Below, in pieces: positions 52,100-62,142 of a stretch of DNA of 64,000 nt (positions are counted from its first letter, which is position 1; every line of letters begins with the position of its first letter). Source of the DNA: an uncultured bacterium (GTDB taxonomy: Bacteria > Krumholzibacteriota > Krumholzibacteriia > LZORAL124-64-63); the NCBI GenBank assembly GCA_963732385.1, contig CAVSZB010000007.1, positions 896,001 to 960,000 on the forward strand, written 5' to 3'. The position numbers and the translations under genes are program-made. The notes under the pieces were generated by a model. It searched no databases and was not told the DNA's origin. It saw only the letters and a program-made list of their open reading frames with translations.

Positions 52100-54700
52100 A
52101 TGTCCTCTGCGCGGCCACCTGGCCACCGCAGTTCGCCGCTCGGAAGCTTCCTCGCCTCGCAGGGTCTGCACCTGTTGCTGGGGATCGCGGCCGTGACGGT
52201 GTCGGTGTTTGCCGCGGTGGACGCCTTCCAGCAGCGACCGAACGACGGCACCGTCTGGCTGCTGGGACGGCCGGAGATCGTGGTGCTCGAGACGCCCGTC
52301 CGGCCAGGAGCCTCCCCCTCGCCTTTGCGACCGGACGACCGCATCCTCGGCATCGCCAACCGGCTGGTCGCCTCGCCCCAGGAAGCGGCCTCGCTGCTGC
52401 GCCGCCAGGAGGTCGGGTCCATCGTGCCGTACCTCGTCAGGCGCGACGGCCAGGACCTCATCGTGCCGGTGCGACTGACCCCCTTCCGCGTGGCCGACCG
52501 CCTCTATATTTACAACCTGGTGCTGGCGGTGATCTACATCGCCATCGGCTTCGTCATCTATCTCAAGAGCCTCAACGACCAGGCTGCACGACTCTTCTTT
52601 ACCCTCTGCCTGCTGTTCGGCATCTTTTTCGTGACCAACCTGAACCGCTCCAGCTACTTCTGGGGCGACATCATCACCCAGAACGCCGGCGCCTTCGCCC
52701 GCTTCTGCCTGCCGGCGATCTTCCTCCACTTCTTCCTGGTATTCCCCGAGAAGAAGGTCTTTTCCACGCGCTATCCGTTCGCCGAACCGCTGATCTACCT
52801 GCTGCCCGCGATGTTCTACGTGCGCTTCACGCTCGACCAGTTCTTCGGCTCGCACGCGCCACGCATCGGGGTGGAGCAGTGGCTGGCCCTGGGCATCTTC
52901 TTCTCGGCGGGACTGATCGCGCTGCTGCACAGCTACCACAGCTATCGCGATCCGTTGCAGAAACAGCGGGTGCGCATCCTGACCATCGGCACGGTGACCG
53001 CGGTGGTGCCGTTCCTGGTCTTCAAGGTGGCGCTGGACGAGATGACCGCCAATTCCAACCTGGCGTTCCTCGGCATCGTCCCGCTCGTGGCCATTCCGGC
53101 CTCGTTCGGCTACTGCATCGCGCGCTACCGCGTGATGCAGGTGGAGGTGATACTCAAGCGGAGCCTGATCTACACCGTGCTGACCAGCGGGGTCGTGGCG
53201 TTCTACTTCGTGCTCACGCTCGGCCTGGGCGTGCTGTTCGTGCGCCTCAGCCGGCAGACGAGCCAGATCGTGCTGGTCGGCGCCACCCTTGGCATCGCGG
53301 CGCTGCTCTGGCCGGCCCGCTCCCGCGTGCAGGACCTGCTCGACCGCCGCTTCTTCCGCACCCGCTCCCACCTCGCGAGCGTGCTGCAGGACTTCAGTCG
53401 CGAGATCCCGCGCCTGATCCAGCGCGAAGTGCTGCTGCAGAGGGTCGGCGCCCGGCTGTGCCGGGTGCTCGACCTGCCGGCGCTGGCCGTCTACCTGCGC
53501 GACGACTCCGGCCCGCAGGTCGTCTGGCGTATCGCCGGCTGCATCACGCCGGAGCCCGATCCGGCGGTGACGCCGGAGCGGGGCCGCCCCGCCCCCGCCT
53601 TTCCGTCGGAGCTGGCGCTGGCCACGAGCTCGCCCCGGCTGGAACGGTTCAACGAACCGCTCTGGGTCGAGGCGCCGGGCACGCGGCTCGACGAGTTGTC
53701 GCCGGCCATCACGCGCGAGCAGGAGGAACTGGCGCAGCGACTCGTCGAGCAGGAGATGCTGGCCCGCGCCGGGCTGGCCCTCCTGGTGCCGCTCGCCTCG
53801 CAGGGGCGCCTCGTGGGCCTGTTCGCGCTGCCGCACAAGCACAGCGACGATGTCTTCCAGGTGCAGGATCTCGACCTGCTCACGATCGTGGCCGGCCAGG
53901 TGGCGCTGCAGGTGGAGAACAGCCGCCTCTACGAGGAGGAAATCGAGAAGCAGAAGCTGGAGGAGCAACTCGCGCTGGCGCGCTCGATCCAGAGCCGCCT
54001 GCTGCCGGGCCGCATCCCCGCCGTGTCGGGCGTCGAGCTGTCCGCGGTCAATATCTCCAGCGCCCAGGTCAGCGGCGACTACTACGACCTTATCGAACGC
54101 CATGACGGCTGCCTCGGCCTCGTCGTCAGCGACGTCAGCGGCAAGGGCATCCCGGCCAGCCTGCTCGCCTCCAGCCTCCAGGCAGCGCTGCGGGCGCACT
54201 GCGACAGCAACGATCCCCCCGGCCTGATCCTGGAGCGGATGAACCGCAATCTGCACGCCAGCACCGATGCCCAGCACTTCGCCACCCTGTTTCTGGGTTT
54301 TTTCGACCCCCGGACCCGGTGCCTGCGCTACAGCTCGGGCGGCCACAATCCCCCGGTCCTGCGCCGTCGCGACGGCACGATCGTACTGCTCGAGGAAGGG
54401 GGGCTGCCGCTGGGCGCCTTCGGCTTCGGCAGCTACGCCGAGGGAGAGGTGGCTCTGGGGTCCGGGGATGTGCTGCTGCTCTACACCGACGGTCTGACGG
54501 AAAGCTGCAACGACGCGGGCGAGGAGTTCGGCGTGGAGCGCGTGACCGAGGCGCTGCACCTGCACCATGAGCTGCCGGCCGCCGAGTTCATCGACCGGCT
54601 CGGCGAGGCGCGCAAGCGCTTCAGCGGGCGAGCCGAAGCGGACGACGACGTTACGCTGGTGGCTCTCAAGATCAGGCCGGCACCGGCCGCCGTGGCGTGA
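52100..54700 (+). CDS. Membrane SpoIIE/PP2C phosphatase with PDZ-like and GAF domains
   Basis: Multiple TM segments; GAF segment; VSGDYYD, SDVSGKG, GGHNPP, YTDGLTE, DDVTLV. Confidence 0.9.
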   Translation: MSSARPPGHRSSPLGSFLASQGLHLLLGIAAVTVSVFAAVDAFQQRPNDGTVWLLGRPEIVVLETPVRPGASPSPLRPDDRILGIANRLVASPQEAASLLRRQEVGSIVPYLVRRDGQDLIVPVRLTPFRVADRLYIYNLVLAVIYIAIGFVIYLKSLNDQAARLFFTLCLLFGIFFVTNLNRSSYFWGDIITQNAGAFARFCLPAIFLHFFLVFPEKKVFSTRYPFAEPLIYLLPAMFYVRFTLDQFFGSHAPRIGVEQWLALGIFFSAGLIALLHSYHSYRDPLQKQRVRILTIGTVTAVVPFLVFKVALDEMTANSNLAFLGIVPLVAIPASFGYCIARYRVMQVEVILKRSLIYTVLTSGVVAFYFVLTLGLGVLFVRLSRQTSQIVLVGATLGIAALLWPARSRVQDLLDRRFFRTRSHLASVLQDFSREIPRLIQREVLLQRVGARLCRVLDLPALAVYLRDDSGPQVVWRIAGCITPEPDPAVTPERGRPAPAFPSELALATSSPRLERFNEPLWVEAPGTRLDELSPAITREQEELAQRLVEQEMLARAGLALLVPLASQGRLVGLFALPHKHSDDVFQVQDLDLLTIVAGQVALQVENSRLYEEEIEKQKLEEQLALARSIQSRLLPGRIPAVSGVELSAVNISSAQVSGDYYDLIERHDGCLGLVVSDVSGKGIPASLLASSLQAALRAHCDSNDPPGLILERMNRNLHASTDAQHFATLFLGFFDPRTRCLRYSSGGHNPPVLRRRDGTIVLLEEGGLPLGAFGFGSYAEGEVALGSGDVLLLYTDGLTESCNDAGEEFGVERVTEALHLHHELPAAEFIDRLGEARKRFSGRAEADDDVTLVALKIRPAPAAVA

Positions 54701-54713
54701 AACGAGACGCATC

Positions 54714-56201
54714 ATGAGACGACCCAGGCTCTCGATGATCCTTACCGCCGTCGCATTGGCGGCCCTTTCCATCCTCTGGGCCCGCTGGAACCGGCCGCCC
54801 GAGGGGCTGACCACGACCTCCCGCGAGGCCGCCGACCGGTTCAGGTCGGGCGATGCCGACGCGCGCTCGTTCCGCTGGCAGGCCGCCGAACAGGCACTCA
54901 CCGACGCCGTGCGGATCGACCCCGGTTTCGCCATGGCCCGCGCCGCGCTCGCCGATGTGCAGCGCCGCCTCGGCCGCGCCAGGGCGGCCGACGCGGAAGC
55001 GGGGCGCGCGGACAGTCTGGCCCGCCTGCTCCCTGCCGGCCCCGAGCGCTGGACGGTCCAGCTGCGGCTGACCCTGGCCGACAAGCGTTTCGCCGCCGAC
55101 CGCGACTCGCTGCTGAGCCTGCTCGCCGCGGCGCAGCCGCACAGCCCGTTCGTGGCCAGAATGCGGGCGCTCGCCGCCGGCAGCCGACGCGATCCCGCCG
55201 TCGAGGAGGCGGCGTGGCGGGAGGTCCTGCGCCTCGAGCCGAACGACGCCAACGCCTGGAACCAGCTCGGCTACCTGGCAGCGCGCGGCGGACGCTACGA
55301 GGAGGCGCGTTCCCATCTCCGGCACTACGCGTTCCTCGCGCCCGAGCTGGCGAACCCTCACGATTCGCTCGGCGAGATCCTCACCTGGACGGGCGATTAT
55401 GAAACGGCAGAGCAGGAGCTGCTGCAGGCGTTGCGGCTGCAGCCGGACTTCTTCCCCTCCCTGCTCAATCTGGCCGTGGTGTATATCGAGGAGGGGCAGC
55501 TCACCCGGGGCATCGGCCTGCTTGAGCAGGTCCGCGCGCAGATCGCCGGCACCGACTGGGAGATGCGGGTCGACAGCCTGCTGCTGCAGACCTACTACGA
55601 CCAGGGCCTCGTGGCCCCGCTGCGCCGGCAGCTCGACCGCTGGATCGAACATTACCCGGATCAGCCGGAAACCGGATTCTACCGCGCCCTCTCCGCGGCG
55701 CTGGACGGCCGCTATGCGGCGGCGCAGGCCGCCTGCGACAGCTTCCTGGCGAGAGCCGAACGGGAGCCCCCCGCGAGCCGGGACGGTCGCTTCCGGGAAC
55801 GCCTCACCATGCTGCGCCACAACTTCGCCGCGATCACGGCGCGTCTGCAGGGGGACGGCGCCACGGCGGCGGCGCAGTATGCCCAGGCGCTCGCCGCCAC
55901 CGCCGCCTGGCCGCCGCACGAGGTGTGGCCGCTGCACCTGCGCTACGGCGAAACGCTGCGCCCCCTCGACCGCGGGGAAGAGGCGCTCGCGCAGGCCCGC
56001 CTCATCCTGGACATCAACCCGCGCCGCATCGGCGCGCTGGTGCTGGAGACGAAGGCGTTCGTCTCACTCGGCCGCCGGGACGAGGCCCGCGCCGCGCTGA
56101 TCCGGCTGCGCGCCGCCCTCGCGCACGCCGACCGCGATCTGCCGGCGATGGCCGTCACCGACAGCCTCGTCGCCCTGCTCGACGCGCATCCCCCGTCCTG
56201 A
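54714..56201 (+). CDS. Membrane-anchored TPR protein
   Basis: N-terminal TM; TPR units (IDPGFAMA, AWNQLGY, NPHDSLGE, LQPDF). Confidence 0.82.
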   Translation: MRRPRLSMILTAVALAALSILWARWNRPPEGLTTTSREAADRFRSGDADARSFRWQAAEQALTDAVRIDPGFAMARAALADVQRRLGRARAADAEAGRADSLARLLPAGPERWTVQLRLTLADKRFAADRDSLLSLLAAAQPHSPFVARMRALAAGSRRDPAVEEAAWREVLRLEPNDANAWNQLGYLAARGGRYEEARSHLRHYAFLAPELANPHDSLGEILTWTGDYETAEQELLQALRLQPDFFPSLLNLAVVYIEEGQLTRGIGLLEQVRAQIAGTDWEMRVDSLLLQTYYDQGLVAPLRRQLDRWIEHYPDQPETGFYRALSAALDGRYAAAQAACDSFLARAEREPPASRDGRFRERLTMLRHNFAAITARLQGDGATAAAQYAQALAATAAWPPHEVWPLHLRYGETLRPLDRGEEALAQARLILDINPRRIGALVLETKAFVSLGRRDEARAALIRLRAALAHADRDLPAMAVTDSLVALLDAHPPS

Positions 56202-56212
56202 GTCGCGCCGGC

Positions 56213-57283
56213 TCAGACCTCCGCGAAGAAGAACGGTTTGAGACACTGGATGATCTTCTCGTAGGTCTCCGGGTAGAGCGCCCAGGTCGTCGCCGCGACG
56301 GAACTGAGCAGGCTGTTGCCATCCTGCGGCGTGAAACAGAAACCGGTGATGTCCCGGCCGTCTTCGGACACGTGCAGCCCCTTGTAGGGAATCACCGTCT
56401 GGTTGAGGATTCGGCCATAGAAACCATGGTCGCGCCCGAAGGAGAAGATCGCGTTGGCGGACTTCTTGTGGGTCATGGCGATGCGATCGTTGGCGCGGAT
56501 GCGGGCCATCAACTCCGCGTGGGTGACGGGACGACGCACCTTGAGATGGAACTGGATGACGTGCATCAACTGGGAGTTCAGTTTCATCGCCGAGGAGAAC
56601 AGGTTCAGGTCCCAGTTTAGGGTCTTGAACAGATGCCAGGCGTCGCGGGCGTGGTGCGTGCCGAACTTGGCGTCGCCATGCGAGCCGATTTCCGGGCTGG
56701 GGCAGAACTTGTCATCCTGACTGATGTCATTGGCGCGGCGGATGCAGACGAAGCGTCCCTCGACCAGATTGTCGGGCCCCTCGTCGCCGATCCCCAGGGT
56801 ATGGATCAGCAGCGACAGGTTGTGCGTATTGCAGCTGACCACCTGCAGGTACTTGTCGCCGACGCGGTCGAGCGCCTGATCGTTGACGCCGCGCGCGTAC
56901 GGCTTCCCGAAACCGAACTCGCTGCCCTGGGCAATGAAGAGATCGGTGCCGGACTCGTACTGCCGATACCACTTCTCCTTCATGTCGTTGCCCGACGGCG
57001 TGCAGTCTATGACCACCCGGGCCGCGGTGAGCGCCTCCTCGGTCGTCAGCGCCACCGGCACGCCGATTTTCTCGAATTCCGCGATCTTGTCGGCGTCCGT
57101 GGCCAGCCGCGCGCCGCGGCGGGTCAGATCGAGCACCTTGCTGCGATCCGTCAGTAGCGGCGTGCGCTTGTGCACGACCACTTCATCGATGCCGAGTTGA
57201 TCCCTGAAGTGGCTCAGCAGGCCGACCAGCGGCTCACCGATGGTACCGGTACCCACGACCAGGACTGTCTTCGTGCCCAGCAT
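56213..57283 (-). CDS. Archaeal-type (class II) GAPDH-like oxidoreductase
   Basis: VGTGTIG Rossmann motif, IDCTP, AQGSE, VVSCNT catalytic Cys, RRAND, THHA.D. Confidence 0.75.
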   Translation of the reverse strand: MLGTKTVLVVGTGTIGEPLVGLLSHFRDQLGIDEVVVHKRTPLLTDRSKVLDLTRRGARLATDADKIAEFEKIGVPVALTTEEALTAARVVIDCTPSGNDMKEKWYRQYESGTDLFIAQGSEFGFGKPYARGVNDQALDRVGDKYLQVVSCNTHNLSLLIHTLGIGDEGPDNLVEGRFVCIRRANDISQDDKFCPSPEIGSHGDAKFGTHHARDAWHLFKTLNWDLNLFSSAMKLNSQLMHVIQFHLKVRRPVTHAELMARIRANDRIAMTHKKSANAIFSFGRDHGFYGRILNQTVIPYKGLHVSEDGRDITGFCFTPQDGNSLLSSVAATTWALYPETYEKIIQCLKPFFFAEV

Positions 57284-57335
57284 ATGTTCCTCCCCGGGCG
57301 ATGATCACGCCGGACGCCCGCCTCCGGCCCGGGCG

Positions 57336-57884
57336 TCAGCCGACGCCCGCCAGGTAAGGCCGCCAGGCGGCCACTTCGCCCTCAGCCCAGCGCCGGCGAT
57401 TGAGCCAGGCCAGGTTCCACTGGGGGGCGCGCGGTCTGGTCGTCAGGGTCAGGCCGGCCTCGACCGGCGTGCGGTCCCCCTTGCGTACGTTGCAGGCCAG
57501 GCAGGCGGCCACGCAGTTCTCCCAGGCGTCCGCCGCACCGGCGGGCAGCCTGGACCGGGGAATCACGTGATCGATCGTCAGCGGCCGGTCGTCAGCGCCG
57601 CAGTACTGACAACTCCAGCCGTCGCGGGCGAGGATGTTGCGCTTGCTGAGTTTCACGCGGAAATGACGCCACCCCTGGTGGGCCACCGCGATCAGGAGGC
57701 GGATCACCCGCGGCACCTGCAGCACCAGACGCTCCGAGCGCAGGCTCACCCCCTCGTCCGCCTGCAGCACGACGGCCTTGCCGGTGCAGACGAGCGATAC
57801 CGCCCGCTTCAGATTGATCACGTTGACCGGTTGGTACCCGGCGTCCAGGACCAGCACCGGCCGGGAAAGGGAAATCCCAGACAT
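57336..57884 (-). CDS. HNH endonuclease
   Basis: VLVLDAGYQP, RDGWSCQYCG, TIDHVIPRSR, WENCVAACLACNVRKG. Confidence 0.92.
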   Translation of the reverse strand: MSGISLSRPVLVLDAGYQPVNVINLKRAVSLVCTGKAVVLQADEGVSLRSERLVLQVPRVIRLLIAVAHQGWRHFRVKLSKRNILARDGWSCQYCGADDRPLTIDHVIPRSRLPAGAADAWENCVAACLACNVRKGDRTPVEAGLTLTTRPRAPQWNLAWLNRRRWAEGEVAAWRPYLAGVG

Positions 57885-57966
57885 GGGTGCCAGCCTAGCA
57901 CGGCCGGGCCCCTCCGGCCAGCGGCAAGCCGGCGCGCCGGACGCCCCCATCCGCGGTCGGCCCGGC

Positions 57967-59358
57967 TCACGACTCGTGGGCCATCCGCTCGCCGGGGTTG
58001 ACGAAGAAACGGTCCGTGGGATACGCGCGGAAATTGCTTACCCGGCTCGTGTAGATGCAGGCGAAGTTCTTGACCTGCGCGCCGAAACGGCTGGCCGCGC
58101 GGCCCTCCTTGAACAGCGATCCCCAGTATGGGTTGAAGCCGGCCGAGATCCGCCGCTGCAGGGCGCCCCGCCGCTGCAGCGCCTCGGCGACCTCCGCCTC
58201 GAGCGCCGCCGGCACCGCCGCCGCCGGACCGCCGCCGTTGCGCAACCGGTCCCGCTCCAGTTCCAGATCCTCGAGCCGCGCCTCGAGCTCCTCGAGGACG
58301 TGGATCTCCCCGCGCAGACGCCGCAGGGCGAGGACCTCCCGCTCGAGCTCGGGCACGATCATGGCGGTGCGCCAGCCGACCGATTTCTTGCTGCGCAGGA
58401 TGTCGCCGAAGGTGTGGTCGCCGAAGTAGAGGATCGCGTCACCGAAGGCGCCAAGTTTGGACTCCAGGAAGAAAGCGTCGCCGCCCACGTGGCAGTTGCC
58501 ATGCCGGTTGGCCAGCCCCGGCACCTGGTCGCGTGGCACGCCCCGCCCCTTCCCCTGCGGCACGAAGAAGTCCGGTTTGCGCGCCGAGCAGATCACGAGG
58601 TCGAAAATTTCGTCGAGCGGGGCCCCTTCGTCCTGCAGGAGGTGCCCCATCACCGCCGCCGTGTACTCCACCTCGGAATTCGTGAGCAGGAACAGCTGCT
58701 TGCCGGCCGCCTTGAAACGGCGCAGCGTCTCGCCGAGCCCGGGGTCGCGCACGAAGAAGCGGTCGAGGTCGGCCATGATCATCCGCTTGAGGGTGCCGTC
58801 GCGGTGGATCGTGTCGATCGCTTCGCGGATGTCGTTGAACAGGACGCGGTAACTCTGGCCCACCAGTTCGGGCCGTTCGTCCTTGAGCTTCACGAGGCCG
58901 ATGTAGAGACACCCCTCGGGCAGGTCGAACAGCGTGTCGAAGATGCGATAGCGGTCGGCGCCCAGCCGCAGGCGGCCGCGCTTGTAGACCTCGCGCCGCT
59001 CCTCGCGCGCCAGCGAGCGCGCCCCGTGCCGGACCCGCGACACGTAACCATAAGCGTCGGTCTTGAGGATGTTGCCGAGCCGCTTGTCGACCAGCAGTCC
59101 GCGCTGCACCTGTTCCGGTTCGTATCCGAGCCCGCGGATCACCTCGGGATAGCCCTTGCGGGTGACCAGCAGGTCGAGCGCGAGATCGAAGCAGAGGCGT
59201 TCGAATGTCGCGGCGTTGTAGAGCGCGAGAGTGTGATCCATGTCGAAGCCGATCGCGGTGATCGAGCTCATGCGCAGGTTGCGATTGACGTAGATCCGCA
59301 ATTCGGAAGGCGGCACGGTCACGTCCGGAGCGATCGCCCCGGGGGAATCGTCTGGCAT
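57967..59358 (-). CDS. HAD-IG 5'-nucleotidase (cN-II family)
   Basis: IYVNRNL, GFDMDHTL, LLTNS, KPDFF, YFGDHTFGDI, WRT, IYTSRVSN. Confidence 0.92.
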   Translation of the reverse strand: MPDDSPGAIAPDVTVPPSELRIYVNRNLRMSSITAIGFDMDHTLALYNAATFERLCFDLALDLLVTRKGYPEVIRGLGYEPEQVQRGLLVDKRLGNILKTDAYGYVSRVRHGARSLAREERREVYKRGRLRLGADRYRIFDTLFDLPEGCLYIGLVKLKDERPELVGQSYRVLFNDIREAIDTIHRDGTLKRMIMADLDRFFVRDPGLGETLRRFKAAGKQLFLLTNSEVEYTAAVMGHLLQDEGAPLDEIFDLVICSARKPDFFVPQGKGRGVPRDQVPGLANRHGNCHVGGDAFFLESKLGAFGDAILYFGDHTFGDILRSKKSVGWRTAMIVPELEREVLALRRLRGEIHVLEELEARLEDLELERDRLRNGGGPAAAVPAALEAEVAEALQRRGALQRRISAGFNPYWGSLFKEGRAASRFGAQVKNFACIYTSRVSNFRAYPTDRFFVNPGERMAHES

Positions 59359-59372
59359 GGGGGGAACCCTCC

Positions 59373-60779
59373 CTAGAGGGCCGGTTGCGGCTGCGGGAGC
59401 GCGGCGGGCGCCCCGCCCGCGGCACCGGCACACGCCGGGTGCTCGGGGAAGTGGACGGCGACCTGTCGCCGCCAGCTGGCGGCGTTGTCATGGAATCCTA
59501 ACTCATCCAGGACCACACTGCCACGCAACCATGCGCGATGATTCCACTCGCTGGTGGTCACGGCGCGCAGGTAGAGCTGGAGGGCCCGCTTGCGATCGCC
59601 GGCGCACCGCGCGCATTCGGCCAGTCCGAGCCAGGCCGACGAGTAGCCGCCGTCGATCGTGAGGGCCTTCTCGAACAGTTCCGACGCCTCGTCCACACGC
59701 CCTTCCAGCAGCGCCAGTTCCCCTTCGTAGCGCAGCGGATAGAGATTCCAGCCGCGCGGGTCTGCCGGCAGCCCGTCCGGCGGCAGATCGCCCTCGCGCA
59801 GGCGGACGATTTCGCGGCGCGTGTCGGCGGCCAGGCGACGCGCCTGCTCCGGCGGCAGGTCCGCGCCCGATTCGGAAAGCAGACGCGTGGCGGCCGCGAT
59901 CTCCACCAGCGTCACGGCCGGATGCGGTCCCCACTCCCGCAGCCCCGCCGCCACCGCCGCCAGGGCGCCGCCGGCGTCACCGGCCGCGAGCCGGCAGGAC
60001 GCCAGGCGGGCGATCAGATCGGCGCCATAGGACAGACCGCTCCGCTCGGCGGGCGGCAGGGCCAGCGCCTTCAGCCAGGCGCGCTCCAGCGCCGCCAGCG
60101 TGGCGGCGAGTCCGGCGACCGGCAGCACCTCGTCGTCGAGCGTGACCAGGCTTTCGCGCGCAAGCTGGTAATCGAAGTACGGTTCGGATGGATATTCCTG
60201 GATGGCGCGGCGCAGGATACGCTGATTGCGCTCGCGACGGTCGGCAACCCCCGCCCGGGCGGACCTCGTGTGCACGACGACGACCGGGGCGTCCAGGATC
60301 GCCTGGCCGCGTTCGGCGGCCCATCCGGCCAGCGCCGGCGCGATCTGCTCGTGGATCGGATACCGGAAGCGCACTTCTGGCTGATTGCGGAACAGCCGCA
60401 CCGGACGGGACGCGGCGAGGGCGTCGGTCGGGGCGTCGACCCGCTCGACACGGTACCCGGCGGCGGCCTCGTTGGCGAGCAGGCGCTGGAAATCGATCGG
60501 GCGCAGCGGCTCGAGCCGTTCATCGGCATCGAGGATCAGCACCCAGTCGCCGAACGCCTCGTCCAGGGCGGCGTTGCGGGCGGCGGCGAAATCGTCGCGC
60601 CACGCGAAATCGACAATGCGCGCCCCGTACCCCTCGGCGATGATCCGGGTGTTGTCCCGGGAGCCGGTATCGACGACGATCACTTCGTCGACCAGGGCCA
60701 GGGCCGACTTGATGGCCTGGCCGATCGCGCCCTCTTCGTCGCGGGCGATCAGACAGAGGCTGACGGTTCTGCGTTTCAT
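59373..60779 (-). CDS. GT2 glycosyltransferase with C-terminal TPRs
   Basis: SLCLIARDEE, VDTGSRD, DDFAAARN, LDADE, IHEQ; TPR tail. Confidence 0.9.
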   Translation of the reverse strand: MKRRTVSLCLIARDEEGAIGQAIKSALALVDEVIVVDTGSRDNTRIIAEGYGARIVDFAWRDDFAAARNAALDEAFGDWVLILDADERLEPLRPIDFQRLLANEAAAGYRVERVDAPTDALAASRPVRLFRNQPEVRFRYPIHEQIAPALAGWAAERGQAILDAPVVVVHTRSARAGVADRRERNQRILRRAIQEYPSEPYFDYQLARESLVTLDDEVLPVAGLAATLAALERAWLKALALPPAERSGLSYGADLIARLASCRLAAGDAGGALAAVAAGLREWGPHPAVTLVEIAAATRLLSESGADLPPEQARRLAADTRREIVRLREGDLPPDGLPADPRGWNLYPLRYEGELALLEGRVDEASELFEKALTIDGGYSSAWLGLAECARCAGDRKRALQLYLRAVTTSEWNHRAWLRGSVVLDELGFHDNAASWRRQVAVHFPEHPACAGAAGGAPAALPQPQPAL

Positions 60780-60837
60780 GCGCTCCGCTTTGCAGACGCC
60801 ACCGCGGCGGGAAATATGCGATTCCGGTCCCGATGAG

Positions 60838-60864
60838 GTATCGTCCGGACCCCGGCCCGGTTTA
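60838..60864 (-). promoter_or_regulatory. Sigma28 (FliA)-like promoter of the GT2-TPR gene
   Basis: TAAA-N15-GACGATAC versus consensus TAAA-N15-GCCGATAA. Confidence 0.55.
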
Positions 60865-60965
60865 GCCCCGGCGACCCGGCTTGCCGAGGCGGCGCGGGGC
60901 GGGCATCATGGCGTGGCTACGCCCGCCGGCCGCGACGGCCGGGCCGGCCCGCCAGGAGGAGCCTG

Positions 60966-61544
60966 ATGACCGACCACGAACCGGCGCCGCCGCGCCGCCG
61001 GCTGGCGCCTCCCGAGGCCTCCGCACGCCGGCGCGCGCCGTTCTACGCGCTGCTCGACGACGTGCGCAGCGTCTGGAATGTCGGCTCGATGTTCCGCACC
61101 GCCGACGCGGTCGGCCTCGGGGGGCTCTACCTGTGCGGCCTCACCGCCACGCCGCCGCGCGCCGACATGGAGAAGACCGCCCTGGGCGCCACCCTCACCG
61201 TGCCGTGGGACTACTGGCCACGGGCCGAGGCGGCGGTGGCGGCGCTGCGGACGCGCCGGATCACGATCGTGGCGCTGGAGCAGTCCGCCGGCGCACGGCC
61301 GTTCGACGGGACCGTGTATCCCTTCCCGGTCTGCTTCGTGGTCGGGCACGAGGTGCGGGGCGTGGCGCCCGCCGTGCTGGCGCTCGCGGATGACTGTGTG
61401 GAAATCCCGATGGAAGGCGGCAAACAGTCGCTGAACGTCGCCGTCAGCTTCGGCGTCATGGCGTACGAACTGCGGCGCCAGTGGCTGGCGCTGCCGCCGG
61501 CCGCGCGCGACGCGGCCAGCGCCGCGCGGGAGGAATCGCCGTGA
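60966..61544 (+). CDS. TrmH/SpoU family RNA methyltransferase
   Basis: NVGSMFRTAD, VGHEVRGV, EIPMEGGKQSLNVAVS. Confidence 0.92.
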   Translation: MTDHEPAPPRRRLAPPEASARRRAPFYALLDDVRSVWNVGSMFRTADAVGLGGLYLCGLTATPPRADMEKTALGATLTVPWDYWPRAEAAVAALRTRRITIVALEQSAGARPFDGTVYPFPVCFVVGHEVRGVAPAVLALADDCVEIPMEGGKQSLNVAVSFGVMAYELRRQWLALPPAARDAASAAREESP

Positions 61545-62119
61545 CCTTCCGCAGCCCCTGGGCATCGCCGTTCTACCGCGCCGGCGTGGGGATGGGCCGC
61601 CGCCTGTGCCGCCTCGCCGGGCGCGACGAGGGGCCGCTGATCCGCCGTCTCGTAACCATCCAGAACGCGCGGGTGCAGCGTCACATCGCGCGGCATCCGG
61701 TGCGCTCGGTGCTGTTGATCCTGCCCCGTTGTGTCCGCCAGCCCGGCTGTCCGGTCGACGTGCGGGGCGACCTGTCTATCTGCGCCGACTGCCGCCGTTG
61801 CCCGCTGGGCGAGGTGGCCCGCCTCACCGCGCGCCGCGGCGTCCGGGCGCTCGTGGCCTTCCGCAGCCGGCAGGCCTTCGCCTTGGCGCGAGAGGAAAGG
61901 CCCGACCTGATCGTGGCCTGCGCCTGCGAAGACCGGCTCGTGAAGGCGCTGCGCGCCTTGCCGGAGATCCCGGCGCTGCTGGCGCCGCTGACCGGCATGG
62001 CGCAGCCGTGCGTCGGCGCGGCGTTCGATCTGGTCTGGGTGACGGAACAGGTCCGCGTCGCGCTGGGTGAGAACGACGACGACCACGCCGCGCGGCCCGG
62101 CGCCGCGTCCGCGGACTGA
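61541..62119 (+). CDS. DUF116 family Cys-rich protein
   Basis: LPRC..C..CADCRRC..VACACE pattern; GTG start overlaps the upstream stop. Confidence 0.8.
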   Translation: MTFRSPWASPFYRAGVGMGRRLCRLAGRDEGPLIRRLVTIQNARVQRHIARHPVRSVLLILPRCVRQPGCPVDVRGDLSICADCRRCPLGEVARLTARRGVRALVAFRSRQAFALAREERPDLIVACACEDRLVKALRALPEIPALLAPLTGMAQPCVGAAFDLVWVTEQVRVALGENDDDHAARPGAASAD

Positions 62120-62142
62120 CCGCCCCGCGCTCCGGGAGGCCC

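Noticed and set aside
57336..57884. HNH as IscB/Cas9-like RNA-guided nuclease
   Set aside because: Only 182 aa, no RuvC or PLMP motifs, and flanking gaps under 90 nt leave no room for a guide RNA or array
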